DNA of 32,000 nucleotides from Candidatus Arthromitus sp. SFB-rat-Yit (GTDB lineage Bacteria; Bacillota; Clostridia; Clostridiales; Clostridiaceae). The stretch spans positions 180,001 to 212,000 of the forward strand of contig NC_016012.1 in assembly GCF_000283555.1 (NCBI RefSeq), written 5' to 3'. The translations under genes and the position numbers were made by a program. Under the pieces are notes generated by a model that was not told where the DNA came from, searched no databases, and worked only from the letters and a program-made list of their open reading frames with translations. This document shows, one piece after another, positions 18,286-27,444 of the stretch (positions within the stretch are counted from its first letter, which is position 1; the number at the start of each line of letters is the position of its first letter).

Positions 18286-18960
18286 TTAGTCATTCCAGAA
18301 ATTTGATTTAAAACATTGACCATTTTGGCAAGGTTCATTTTGTGGGTTAGTATTACAAACATTTTGTATATATCCATAACTTTGATTTGGATAACCATCT
18401 TGAAGTTCTTGAATATTATTACAACATCTATTATTATTTTGAGGATTATATTCAGTATTTTGATTAAATGGTGTAAAGTTGTTACAAGGATACTCAACTG
18501 TATATTCACAACTACTACATTGAGTATTAGTACAATCGTAAGAATCTGAATGGTTTTGATTATAGCAGCATGAATTTGTTGATTGATTATATAAATCTGG
18601 AACATAAGTTGTAGCTTCCATTAGTGTTTGATATGGTGTAGTTGCAACTATTTTATATTTTTTACAACCAGAAGTCCTGTTTAAAAATAGGTTAAATTCA
18701 TACATTCCTCTGCAATTTGAAGTTGTGCAAGCTATGCGTTTGTATTCACAACTGCAACTACTTTTCTCGAATAGTTGAAGTGATGCATAAGGTATAGATG
18801 ATCCAGTGGATGAGTTTAAAACTTCTCCTTTTATGATTAATTTTTTGTATTGACATATTGGAACATTAACCCTAATATTACAACTATTTTGTGCAGTTCC
18901 TGGAGTTACATTTACATTAACAGAACCTGAAATTGTATTTTGATTGCAACAATTATACAT
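18286..18960 (-). CDS. Cysteine-, Asn- and Gln-rich protein with a central CarboxypepD_reg-like beta-sandwich; possible spore coat or exosporium component
   Basis: Strong RBS (GGAGG 8 nt before the ATG) and a terminator downstream. There are 20 Cys in 224 aa, including three CC doublets, and no signal peptide. The central IIKGEVLNSSTGSSIPYASLQLF...GMYEFNL...YKIVATTPYQ fits the prealbumin-like fold pattern. Confidence 0.7.
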   Translation of the reverse strand: MYNCCNQNTISGSVNVNVTPGTAQNSCNIRVNVPICQYKKLIIKGEVLNSSTGSSIPYASLQLFEKSSCSCEYKRIACTTSNCRGMYEFNLFLNRTSGCKKYKIVATTPYQTLMEATTYVPDLYNQSTNSCCYNQNHSDSYDCTNTQCSSCEYTVEYPCNNFTPFNQNTEYNPQNNNRCCNNIQELQDGYPNQSYGYIQNVCNTNPQNEPCQNGQCFKSNFWND

Positions 18961-19104
18961 TTTAAATCCTCCGTGTATATAAAAATTTTTATCAAACTCT
19001 CATGTGAAAGTTTTGAATTGTTTTTATAAAATATAGTATTCATTTTTATATATTTGTGTTAATTAAATATAAGAAAATATTAAATATTTTTTTAAAAGAT
19101 GTTA

Positions 19105-19144
19105 GAATCATTAAAATTAAAGAGAAAGTCTAATGACTTTCTCT
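19105..19144 (-). terminator. Terminator of nadE
   Basis: agagaaagtc (19121-19130) / gactttctct (19135-19144) with a 4-nt loop, directly after the stop codon. The downstream tail on the minus strand is T-rich. Confidence 0.7.
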
Positions 19145-21049
19145 TTAATCTATAAATGAATTGTATGAAGAGTCTGAACTCATTTTAAAATCTCCTCTTG
19201 GAGAGAGTGATATTTCAGTTATTTTTGGACCATCAGGCATAGCTGAGCGTTTAAATTGATTTTGGAAAAATCTTTTTATGAAAATATTAAGGGAATTTTT
19301 TATTACATCATAAGGATATGTGGATTTAAATGCGTGTAAAGCTAGAAACTCTATTTTTTTAAACGATGCATTGTTTTTTAAAAATTGATATAGGAAAAAG
19401 TCGTGTAACTCATATGGTCCTATGATATTTTCTGTTTTTTGAATAATTTTATCGTATTTATCTGTAGGAAGAAGCTCTGGAGATATCGGAGTATTTATTA
19501 TATCTATAAGTATGTTTTTGGTACTTTCAGATACGTTATAATTTTCATAATAGTGTTTAAGTAAATGTTTTATTAATGTTTTTGGAATGGAGGAGTTTAT
19601 GTTATACATACTCATATGATCTCCGTTATAAGTAGAAAATCCTAGAGCTATTTCAGATAAATCACCTGTACCTAAAAGTATTGCTCCTTCTTTATTTGAT
19701 AAATCCATAAGTATTTGTGTGCGTTCCCTTGCTTGAGAATTTTCATATGTAACATCAAAAATATTTTCATCATGATTGATATCCTTAAAATGCTGTCTAA
19801 CTGAATTTGTTATATCTATAGATTTAAGTGTTACATTTAATTCTTTGCATAGGCTTATTGCATTATTTTTGGTTTTATTTGATGTTCCAAATCCAGGCAT
19901 TGTTACAGCAATTATATTTTTAGTATCTATGTGCATAAGATTAAAGGCATTATATGATGAAATGAGTGCAAGTGTTGAGTCCAAACCCCCACTTATACCA
20001 AGAATAATTTTAGAACTATTTACATGGGATAGTCTTTTCTCAAGAGAGCATTTCTGCATAATAAATATTTCCTCAAACAATTCCTTGTTTTTTTCTTGAT
20101 TTTCGTATATAAAGGGATTTAAGTTTATTTTCCTATCAAATTTTCCATATGAAATATCATCAAATGGTATATTGATTATTTTAATATCTTGGTTATGGTA
20201 TTTAAATGAATCTCTAAATGTTATGTTATTAACACGAGATGTATTTAAATATTCTATATCGATTATCCCTGAGCATACAGTATTTTCAAATAAGAATCTA
20301 TCACTTTCTTTAATAAGATCACCATTTTCGTATATAGCATTGTAAGATGAGAAAACGAGATCTGTTGTTGATTCAGATGGACTTGAGTTTGCGTATAAGT
20401 ATGCTGCGTTTATTTTTGAACTATGATATTTAATGAGGTTTTTTCTGTATTCGTGTTTGAAATTTGTTTCGTTTGATGCAGATAAATTACATATTATGTT
20501 TGCTCCATTTATTGATAGGTAGGAGCTTTTTGGTATTGGTGCCCAAAGATCTTCACAAATTTCTATTCCTATTTTGATATCTTTGTAACAAAACAAAATA
20601 TCTGTTCCAAAGTATGTTTTATCTCCCATGAATGAAACTTCGGTACATTTTATAAATCCTTCTGTAAAATATCTTTTTTCATAAAATTCTTGGTAATTTG
20701 GGAGATATGTTTTTGGAACGATACCTAGAAGTATTCCTTTATGAATTATAAATGCTGAGTTAAAAAGAGAGTTATTATGCTCAAAAATACACCCAACGAT
20801 AATTAAAATATCTTTATCTTGAGAAAAATTTAAAATTTCTTTGATACCTTCATAACTTTTTTCAAGGGTAGTTCTTTTTAAGAACATATCAAAACAGGAG
20901 TATGATGTTACTGAGAGTTCTGGAAATAAGATGAGTTTTGATTTGTCACGTAATGCTTCATTTATGCACTTTTTGATATTCGATACATTGTGAGAAATAT
21001 CACATACCTTTGTATTTATACTTGATGTACTAACTCGTATAAAATTCAT
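19145..21049 (-). CDS. nadE: Glutamine-dependent NAD+ synthetase (CN-hydrolase + NAD synthase domains)
   Basis: 634 aa. The N-terminal nitrilase-like domain has FPELSVTSY, and the C-terminal domain has the PP-loop ILGISGGLDSTLA. Confidence 0.9.
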   Translation of the reverse strand: MNFIRVSTSSINTKVCDISHNVSNIKKCINEALRDKSKLILFPELSVTSYSCFDMFLKRTTLEKSYEGIKEILNFSQDKDILIIVGCIFEHNNSLFNSAFIIHKGILLGIVPKTYLPNYQEFYEKRYFTEGFIKCTEVSFMGDKTYFGTDILFCYKDIKIGIEICEDLWAPIPKSSYLSINGANIICNLSASNETNFKHEYRKNLIKYHSSKINAAYLYANSSPSESTTDLVFSSYNAIYENGDLIKESDRFLFENTVCSGIIDIEYLNTSRVNNITFRDSFKYHNQDIKIINIPFDDISYGKFDRKINLNPFIYENQEKNKELFEEIFIMQKCSLEKRLSHVNSSKIILGISGGLDSTLALISSYNAFNLMHIDTKNIIAVTMPGFGTSNKTKNNAISLCKELNVTLKSIDITNSVRQHFKDINHDENIFDVTYENSQARERTQILMDLSNKEGAILLGTGDLSEIALGFSTYNGDHMSMYNINSSIPKTLIKHLLKHYYENYNVSESTKNILIDIINTPISPELLPTDKYDKIIQKTENIIGPYELHDFFLYQFLKNNASFKKIEFLALHAFKSTYPYDVIKNSLNIFIKRFFQNQFKRSAMPDGPKITEISLSPRGDFKMSSDSSYNSFID

Positions 21050-21074
21050 TTAATTCACTCCTTGAAATTAAAAT

Positions 21075-21100
21075 ATATAGTTTTTATACTAAAACTATAT
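21075..21100. promoter_or_regulatory. Inverted repeat in the divergent nadE/ung promoter region (candidate operator)
   Basis: atatagtttt (21075-21084) - tatact - aaaactatat (21091-21100), perfect 10-bp arms. Confidence 0.3.
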
Positions 21101-21134
21101 GGTGATAAATTTTATTTAGATTGGAGGGATTTAT

Positions 21135-21830
21135 TTGGATTTATTAGAAGAATTTGATATTTTTAGTGTTAAAGATACGTTTAGAGAAATTATAATAAAA
21201 GAAAGTCATCATGAATATTTTAAAAGATTGATGAATGATTTAAAAGATGAATATAAAAATAATACTATTTTCCCTAAAAAGCTTGATGTGTTTAATGCTT
21301 TTAAATATAGGGATATTAATGATATAAAGTGCGTTATAATTGGACAAGATCCTTATTATAAGAAAAACGAAGCACATGGATTATCTTTCTCTATTTGTGA
21401 TAAAGATTTAAAAATACCGAGTTCTTTAAGAAATATTTTTAAGGAACTTAAAGATGATTTGGGAATAAATGCTCCATGTCATGGGAATTTAAGTTCATGG
21501 TGTGAAGAGGGAGTACTTCTTATAAATTCTATATTAACTGTGCGTGAGGGATTTCCTAATTCTCATAAGGATATTGGGTGGGATATATTTACAAATAATA
21601 TTATAAAAAAATTATCTGAATTTAGGAGTAATTTAGTTTTTATATTATGGGGTAATTTTGCAATAAAAAAGGAAATTTTAATAAATCATAAGAAACATTT
21701 AATAATAAAGTCATCTCATCCGAGTGGACTTTCAGCTCATAGGGGATTTTTTAAATCTAAGCCATTTTCAAGAACTAATAGTTATTTGAAAGAACATTCA
21801 CTCGGTGAGATTGAATGGAAAATAAATTAA
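21135..21830 (+). CDS. ung: Uracil-DNA glycosylase (family 1)
   Basis: TTG start with a GGAGGG RBS. Motifs VIIGQDPYYKKNEAHGLSFS and SSHPSGLSA match the UNG water-activating and leucine-loop regions. Confidence 0.9.
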   Translation: MDLLEEFDIFSVKDTFREIIIKESHHEYFKRLMNDLKDEYKNNTIFPKKLDVFNAFKYRDINDIKCVIIGQDPYYKKNEAHGLSFSICDKDLKIPSSLRNIFKELKDDLGINAPCHGNLSSWCEEGVLLINSILTVREGFPNSHKDIGWDIFTNNIIKKLSEFRSNLVFILWGNFAIKKEILINHKKHLIIKSSHPSGLSAHRGFFKSKPFSRTNSYLKEHSLGEIEWKIN

Positions 21831-21895
21831 GTATGGGATTATAAAAACACTCTTGATGAAATAATATAAAAAAATATTGGGAGATATGATTTTAA

Positions 21896-22957
21896 GTGGA
21901 AGATTTATATTTAGAAGTTAATTTATCTAACATAGATAAAAATATTGGTATAATTAGAAATATTTTGGGGAATAAAAAACTCATAGCAGTTGTTAAAGGG
22001 GATGCATATGGACTTGGTATACATAAAATATGTGATTTTATTAAGGCAAAAGTAGATTTATTTGGTGTTTCAGATCTTTGTGAAGGTATAATACTTTATA
22101 ATATGGGGATTGAAAATGAAATTTTAATATTAACTCCAATTATCAAAGAGGAATATTTCAAACACCCGCTTATAGAGAAATTTACTATAACTATAGATAA
22201 TAAGGAAATTTTAAATTTTATACCTGAATATATTAATATAAATGCTCATGTATATGTGTGTACTGGAATGAATAGAAAAGGTATAAAAATTGAAGAATTA
22301 CATGAATTTATAAAATACATAGAAAATAATTATAATAATATAAATATAACAGGGATATATACTCATTTGCATAATACAAAAGATGAAAATTATACATTAA
22401 AACAAATAGAAATGTTTGAGAATGTTGTATCTAAGTATAAAGGTAAATATTTGATACATGCTTTAAATTCAAAGGGATTTATAAATAAAAATATTAGGAA
22501 TAGAGCAAATTTTTGCGATGGAGTAAGGGTTGGGAATTTGTTATATGGATATGATGGTGCATGTTTAGGAATATCTAAGAGCTTTGATTATTACTCAAAA
22601 GTTATATCATCTTATATGGTTAAAAAAGGAGAATTTATTGGATATGGGAATAAGGTTAAATTAAAAAAAGATACAAATATTTGTATACTTGGGATTGGTA
22701 ATATACATCATATAGGATTTTATAGAGATTTTAGAAAAAATTTTATATATGATTTTTTGAGATTTATATATAGATATTTTATTAAGCCATGCGAAATATA
22801 TAAGGGGGATAAGAAGGTCAAAATGCTTGGAACGAGCAATATGAATTTAACGCTTGTTGATGGAGAGGGACTTGAGGTGGGTGATTATCTAAGAGTGTGC
22901 ATATCTCCTATACTTGGAGATAGTTCTATACATAAAAAATATATAAATAAGGAGTGA
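21896..22957 (+). CDS. alr: Alanine racemase
   Basis: GTG start. PLP-lysine motif AVVKGDAYGLG, then GIYTHL, IGYGNK, and the C-terminal SNMNLTLVDG region. Confidence 0.85.
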   Translation: MEDLYLEVNLSNIDKNIGIIRNILGNKKLIAVVKGDAYGLGIHKICDFIKAKVDLFGVSDLCEGIILYNMGIENEILILTPIIKEEYFKHPLIEKFTITIDNKEILNFIPEYININAHVYVCTGMNRKGIKIEELHEFIKYIENNYNNINITGIYTHLHNTKDENYTLKQIEMFENVVSKYKGKYLIHALNSKGFINKNIRNRANFCDGVRVGNLLYGYDGACLGISKSFDYYSKVISSYMVKKGEFIGYGNKVKLKKDTNICILGIGNIHHIGFYRDFRKNFIYDFLRFIYRYFIKPCEIYKGDKKVKMLGTSNMNLTLVDGEGLEVGDYLRVCISPILGDSSIHKKYINKE

Positions 22958-22962
22958 ATGTT

Positions 22963-23577
22963 TTGTCTACATATTTGTTTAATAATAAAAGGGATCGAGA
23001 AACCAATAAATTGATGGGAGTAGTTATATTTTTAATTTTATCTTTAGTATTTACAATAGTGATTTCGTTATCTATATTTTTAGTTTATTTTGATGATTAT
23101 ATGAGCATACAAAAGCAATATTCTATACTTGAAGAAAAACTTCAAAAGATAAGTGTTGAGAATTATGAGAAGAACAGTTATTATAATCGTTTGAATGATG
23201 AACTTAATCAAGCTAAGAATGAAGTGAGTAAACTTACGTTAGAGAAAGATATATCTGATAAGAATATTAAGTTGGTTGAATATTTTATAAATGCTGTTAA
23301 TTCTGGTAATTCAAAAGATATAAATAGATTTTTGGACGCTAGTAAAAATAATTCTTTTACTATACCTAAAAATTATGTATTTCCACAGGATATGGAAGCT
23401 GGAAGATTTGTGTTGAATGATGATTTAAAAAGTGGTAGTGTTACATATTTTTATACAGAAGCTGGTAAGCGTACGGATAAATATGTGTTTAATATGATTT
23501 TGAAAAATAATGTCTGGTATATAGAAAATTTTAATTTAATTGAGTATGCTCTTGAAAAGGAAGCTTTGGAATATTGA
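22963..23577 (+). CDS. Hypothetical membrane-anchored coiled-coil protein
   Basis: The ORF is open from GTG 22954, which overlaps the alr stop. However, GGAG at 22951-22954 is spaced 8 nt from TTG 22963, so that is the likelier start. It has one TM helix (GVVIFLILSLVFTIVISLSIFLVYF), a heptad-like segment and a C-terminal globular part with no recognised motif. Confidence 0.6.
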   Translation: MSTYLFNNKRDRETNKLMGVVIFLILSLVFTIVISLSIFLVYFDDYMSIQKQYSILEEKLQKISVENYEKNSYYNRLNDELNQAKNEVSKLTLEKDISDKNIKLVEYFINAVNSGNSKDINRFLDASKNNSFTIPKNYVFPQDMEAGRFVLNDDLKSGSVTYFYTEAGKRTDKYVFNMILKNNVWYIENFNLIEYALEKEALEY

Positions 23578-23582
23578 TAAAT

Positions 23583-23614
23583 CGCCATTAGGACTTTTAT
23601 AATGGCGTTTTTTT
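23583..23614 (+). terminator. Rho-independent terminator
   Basis: cgccatta (23583-23590) / taatggcg (23600-23607), followed by T7. Confidence 0.9.
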
Positions 23615-23642
23615 GTTATAATTTTTTAAAGGAGGTAATGTT

Positions 23643-24476
23643 ATGAGGAAGTTTTTTAAATATGAAGCTCTAGGAAATGATTACATAGTCATTGATCCAA
23701 AAAATTTTGATATTACGATGAATTCAGAAAATATAGTTAAAATTTGTCATAGAAATTTTGGATGTGGATCTGATGGAATATTGTATGGTCCAATTTTTAA
23801 GGAAGATAAGATATTTTTGAAAATATTTAATCCTGACGGCAGCGAAGCTGAGAAAAGTGGAAACGGGATAAGAATATTTTCAAAATATTTAAAAGATGAG
23901 GGATATATAAAAGATGAAAGTTTTAAACTTCAAACAAAAGGGGGAGAGGTTTTAATTAAATATTTAAATAATGATGGGAGCGTTATAAAAGTATCTATGG
24001 GTAAAGTATCTTTCAATTCAAGAGATATTGGAGTTAATGGGGATGAAAGAGAAGTTATAGAGGAGTATATACATGTGATCGATAGAAAATTTAATATAAC
24101 TTCTTTAAGTATTGGTAATCCACATACAGTTTGTATATTTGATAAGCTAGATGATGAAAGCATACATAAATATGGGAAATATATTGAAAACCATGAAATG
24201 TTTATAAATAGAACTAATGTTCAATTTGTGGAAGTAATTGATAGAAATACTATTAAAATAAAAATACATGAAAGAGGTGCGGGGTATACACTAGCGTCTG
24301 GCTCAAGTAGTTGTGCTGCTGCAAGTGTTTGTTATAAATTATCTTTAGTGGATTCAGATATTTTAGTTAAGTGTGATGGAGGAGATATCAGAGTTCAGAT
24401 TGATGATGATGGAGAAGTGTTTATGACAGGGGAAGTTTCTAGAGTTTATGACGGTGTTCTTAGGATGAATTTATAA
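23643..24476 (+). CDS. dapF: Diaminopimelate epimerase
   Basis: YEALGNDYIVIDP, SGNGIRIF, SIGNPHTV and ERGAGYTLASGSSSCAAA contain the two catalytic-Cys region signatures. Confidence 0.88.
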   Translation: MRKFFKYEALGNDYIVIDPKNFDITMNSENIVKICHRNFGCGSDGILYGPIFKEDKIFLKIFNPDGSEAEKSGNGIRIFSKYLKDEGYIKDESFKLQTKGGEVLIKYLNNDGSVIKVSMGKVSFNSRDIGVNGDEREVIEEYIHVIDRKFNITSLSIGNPHTVCIFDKLDDESIHKYGKYIENHEMFINRTNVQFVEVIDRNTIKIKIHERGAGYTLASGSSSCAAASVCYKLSLVDSDILVKCDGGDIRVQIDDDGEVFMTGEVSRVYDGVLRMNL

Positions 24477-25198
24477 TGGAGTTTGATTTTTGTGGGAAAA
24501 CTGTTTTAGTTACGGGGTATTTCAGTGATATAGGGTATAGTATATGCGATATGTATCTTAAGAATAATGCAAAGGTAATATCAACATATAATAAAACTTA
24601 TGAAGAGAATAGGGTTAATAGTGGTATAGAATTATTTTATTTAGATTTGGAAAATTTAGAGAGTATATATAAATTTATAAATAATCTTAAGGATAGAGGT
24701 ATATTCAAGATAGATATACTTGTTAATAACATAGGGGTTTGTGATATAAATCCACTAATATTTCAAAATGATCATAAAATTATATCTATAATGAATGTGA
24801 ATTTGACTAATACTATAATTTTAACAAAACATATTTTAAAAGATTTTATGATTGAGAACGGGAGAGTAATAAATATATCATCAATTTGGGGTAGAGTTGG
24901 AGCATCTTGCGAGATTGCATATTCATCATCAAAAGGCGGCATTAATTTATTTACAAAATCATTATCACAAGAGATGAAATCAAGAGATATAAAGGTTATA
25001 GGTATATCACCTGGGTTTATTAAAACAAAAATGAACAAGAATTTATCAGAAGAAGATATTAAAGTTATTATAGATGAAATTCCTCTTAGATTACTTGGTG
25101 AAGTTTATCATATAGTTGATGGAGTTAAGTTTTTTTCGAGCGATTATTCAAACTTAAGTGGAGAAATTATAAATATAGATGGAGGATGGATTTTATAG
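24476..25198 (+). CDS. Short-chain dehydrogenase/reductase (FabG-like)
   Basis: ATG overlaps the dapF stop (TAATG). KTVLVTGYFSDIGYS is a variant TGxxxxIG motif. NNIG, the catalytic YSSSK and the PGFIKT motif are present. Confidence 0.8.
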   Translation: MEFDFCGKTVLVTGYFSDIGYSICDMYLKNNAKVISTYNKTYEENRVNSGIELFYLDLENLESIYKFINNLKDRGIFKIDILVNNIGVCDINPLIFQNDHKIISIMNVNLTNTIILTKHILKDFMIENGRVINISSIWGRVGASCEIAYSSSKGGINLFTKSLSQEMKSRDIKVIGISPGFIKTKMNKNLSEEDIKVIIDEIPLRLLGEVYHIVDGVKFFSSDYSNLSGEIINIDGGWIL

Positions 25199-25216
25199 GG
25201 GTGTTTTATTTTGTAT

Positions 25217-25249
25217 ATTAAAATGTTAAAATAATTTTAACATTTTAAT
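25217..25249. repeat. 33-nt perfect palindrome (possible weak terminator or operator)
   Basis: attaaaatgttaaaatAattttaacattttaat: all 16 positions pair around the central base, with only one G-C pair. It lies between the SDR gene and the TraX-family gene. Confidence 0.6.
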
Positions 25250-25273
25250 ACTTTATTATTAGGAGGATTTTTA

Positions 25274-25978
25274 ATGAGTGCATTTGCGTTAAAATCGATA
25301 GCATTTGTTTTAATGGTTCTTGATCATATTTTTTATTACATAAAAGACACACCGATAATATTTACATATTTAGGGCGTATTGTTGCACCCATATATTTTT
25401 ATCTTTTAGTTGAGAGTTTTTTTCATACAAGAAATAGAAAGAAATTTACCATACGTTTGTTTAGTTTTGCGTTTATAGTCATGTTTGTTATAAATTTTAT
25501 GTTTAAGCAACCAATGAACATATTTTTATCTATGGCATTGGGAGTTTGTATGTTAAATTTAATTGAGTTTATTAAAAATAATAAAGGGAATATATGGAAA
25601 ATATTGATTTCATGTATTGGCATAATTCTTATAATATGTATATCTTTATATACGGAAGCGACTTATTTGGGAATTGGTATGATGCTTATATTTTATTTCT
25701 TTAGAGATAAGAAATTTTGGATGATACTTTCCTACATTGTACTCTCGTTAATTGATATACCATTTTTAATAGGCATACCTAATTTTATCAAATACATTTT
25801 TTTAATAAATTATCAATGGATGATGGTATTTGCAATTATACCTATTATGTTATATAACGGCAAACCAGGTCTTAGAAATAATTTTTTCAAGTATTTTTTC
25901 TACATAGCATACCCTGTTCATTTAATAATTATTTTGATAATTGGAAATACAATTAATCCTTATTTAGAGTATTTTTAA
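25274..25978 (+). CDS. TraX-family integral membrane protein (putative acyltransferase family)
   Basis: AGGAGG RBS. LKSIAFVLMVLDHI near the N-terminus and multiple TM helices are typical of stand-alone TraX-family proteins in Firmicutes. Confidence 0.7.
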   Translation: MSAFALKSIAFVLMVLDHIFYYIKDTPIIFTYLGRIVAPIYFYLLVESFFHTRNRKKFTIRLFSFAFIVMFVINFMFKQPMNIFLSMALGVCMLNLIEFIKNNKGNIWKILISCIGIILIICISLYTEATYLGIGMMLIFYFFRDKKFWMILSYIVLSLIDIPFLIGIPNFIKYIFLINYQWMMVFAIIPIMLYNGKPGLRNNFFKYFFYIAYPVHLIIILIIGNTINPYLEYF

Positions 25979-26052
25979 TTTAAATAAAACATCTTATATG
26001 ATACAATTTATATAACGATTAAGAGAGTAAATATATTTGGGAAAGGTTTTGT

Positions 26053-27321
26053 TTGATCATGAAGCATAGGTATAGAATTAATATGCAAAATATAGACAAT
26101 TTAGATGATTTACAGATAGATATAGCACCTTTTACTATTTTTACTGGTGATAATAACAGTGGTAAAAGTACTGTTATGAATATATTGTATGGTGTGGGTG
26201 CGTTATCTAAAGATATAATAAAAAATGGTGACACGAATTCAAAAGAATATTCTGTGTGTATGGATTACATAAGAGATTTAAAGGAAAATAGAGAAGGATG
26301 TATAGATAGAGAAATAGGAAATATTTTTTGTGATTTTTTTAATGTATCTTTGGTAAAAAATAAGGAAGAGTTTTTCAATAAGATATTTAATGTAAGTATT
26401 GAAAATAATTATAAGAGATTTGAAGACTCTAATATTTTTTTATCTGATTATAGAATCTTTCCAAAGGTTTATATATCTGTTGACGATTTTTGTGATGAGA
26501 TTATAATTGAAGGGGATTATGTAAGAATACCTTCTAATTTTTTTGAAGATGAAGATTATATACTAAAGCTTATATGTAACAAAGTAATTGAGGATGGATT
26601 TAGCGATACGAATTCATCTAATTCTATTTTTATACCTTCAGGAAGAAGTACTTTTTTATGTTATCCTAGTATATTTAAAACCATAAAGTATCAAAATCTA
26701 AGTACGGATGATTTTATAAATCGTGTTGAGAATCTTGAGTGTGTAGAAGATGGTGTATACTCAAGTATATGTAACTTTATAGAGAGAGATATAGTTAAAG
26801 GTGTTTTTACCAATGATTCATATAAGTGTAGTTTAAACGGAATAGAAATACCAATTAGTATGGCATCTGACTCCATAAGAGAAATTGCATCTATTGTGTT
26901 ATTTTTAAAATCAAAAGATAGGATCACTTCATTTTTTATAGAGGAAATTGAAAGTCATATTGATCTAAGGTTACAGAGGAGTATTGTAAGTGCTATTGTT
27001 AGAATAATAAATGCAGGTACAAAGATATTCATGTCAACTAATAGTCATGTTATATTAGATCAAATATGTAATTTTATATTGCTCAATAATTTAAATAGAA
27101 ATAAGATTGAGGGATTTGGATATATAATAAATGATGTTTTAAATTCAAATGATGTAAGTATATATGAGTTTAACTATGGAGAGGACAATAGAGTTTTTGT
27201 AAATAAAATTAATGTGGATTATAATGGATTCAGGATAGATATGAGAGAAGAGGTTCTTGAAGACATATCAAAAGAGAATTTACAACTTAAGTTTGAGATG
27301 TTTGATAATAATGGAAGATAA
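26053..27321 (+). CDS. ABC/SMC-fold AAA ATPase (AAA_15/AAA_21-like, COG4938-like) without a fused nuclease domain
   Basis: Walker A FTGDNNSGKST. Walker B and D-loop FFIEEIESHIDLRLQRS, followed by KIFMSTNSHVILD (H-loop), the signature layout of stand-alone ABC-type ATPases. The start is TTG 26053 (GGGAAAGG 6 nt upstream) or ATG 26059. A possible extended -10 TGaTACAAT lies at 25999-26007. Confidence 0.75.
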   Translation: MIMKHRYRINMQNIDNLDDLQIDIAPFTIFTGDNNSGKSTVMNILYGVGALSKDIIKNGDTNSKEYSVCMDYIRDLKENREGCIDREIGNIFCDFFNVSLVKNKEEFFNKIFNVSIENNYKRFEDSNIFLSDYRIFPKVYISVDDFCDEIIIEGDYVRIPSNFFEDEDYILKLICNKVIEDGFSDTNSSNSIFIPSGRSTFLCYPSIFKTIKYQNLSTDDFINRVENLECVEDGVYSSICNFIERDIVKGVFTNDSYKCSLNGIEIPISMASDSIREIASIVLFLKSKDRITSFFIEEIESHIDLRLQRSIVSAIVRIINAGTKIFMSTNSHVILDQICNFILLNNLNRNKIEGFGYIINDVLNSNDVSIYEFNYGEDNRVFVNKINVDYNGFRIDMREEVLEDISKENLQLKFEMFDNNGR

Positions 27322-27351
27322 GGCTATCTTTTTAGATAGCCTTATTTTTTT
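27320..27351 (+). terminator. Strong rho-independent terminator between the ATPase gene and the following ORF
   Basis: aaggctatct (27320-27329) / agatagcctt (27334-27343), perfect 10-bp stem with a 4-nt loop, followed by ATTTTTTTT. Confidence 0.9.
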
Positions 27352-27397
27352 AACTTTTAATATTAAATATTAAATAATAGAAAAAATAATTAATATA

Positions 27398-27406
27398 TGG
27401 TAAAAT
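27398..27406 (+). promoter_or_regulatory. Possible extended -10 element (TGgTAAAAT) for the large orphan ORF
   Basis: TG at 27398-27399 plus TAAAAT at 27401-27406. It overlaps the first in-frame ATG (27397), which argues that ATG 27445 is the real start. Confidence 0.3.
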
Positions 27407-27444
27407 TTATTAACAATAATGATAGAATTGTGGAGATAAATTTT

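Noticed and set aside
18237-18605. Alternative-frame and opposite-strand ORFs (18237-18605 minus, 18316-18549 plus) overlapping the Cys-rich gene
   Set aside because: Their translations are Ile/Leu/Val-rich and low-complexity, with no RBS. The 18286-18960 frame has the strong RBS and the terminator.
19776-20099. 107-aa plus-strand ORF inside nadE
   Set aside because: It is antisense to a gene with unambiguous NAD synthetase motifs and has no start context.
25274-25978. The TraX-family gene as evidence for a conjugative element
   Set aside because: No relaxase, coupling protein, T4SS gene, integrase or repeats are nearby. Stand-alone TraX-family membrane proteins are common chromosomal genes in Firmicutes.
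26019-26234. 71-aa minus-strand ORF overlapping the start of the ATPase gene
   Set aside because: It is antisense to the Walker A region of a well-supported CDS, is hydrophobic and low-complexity, and has no RBS.
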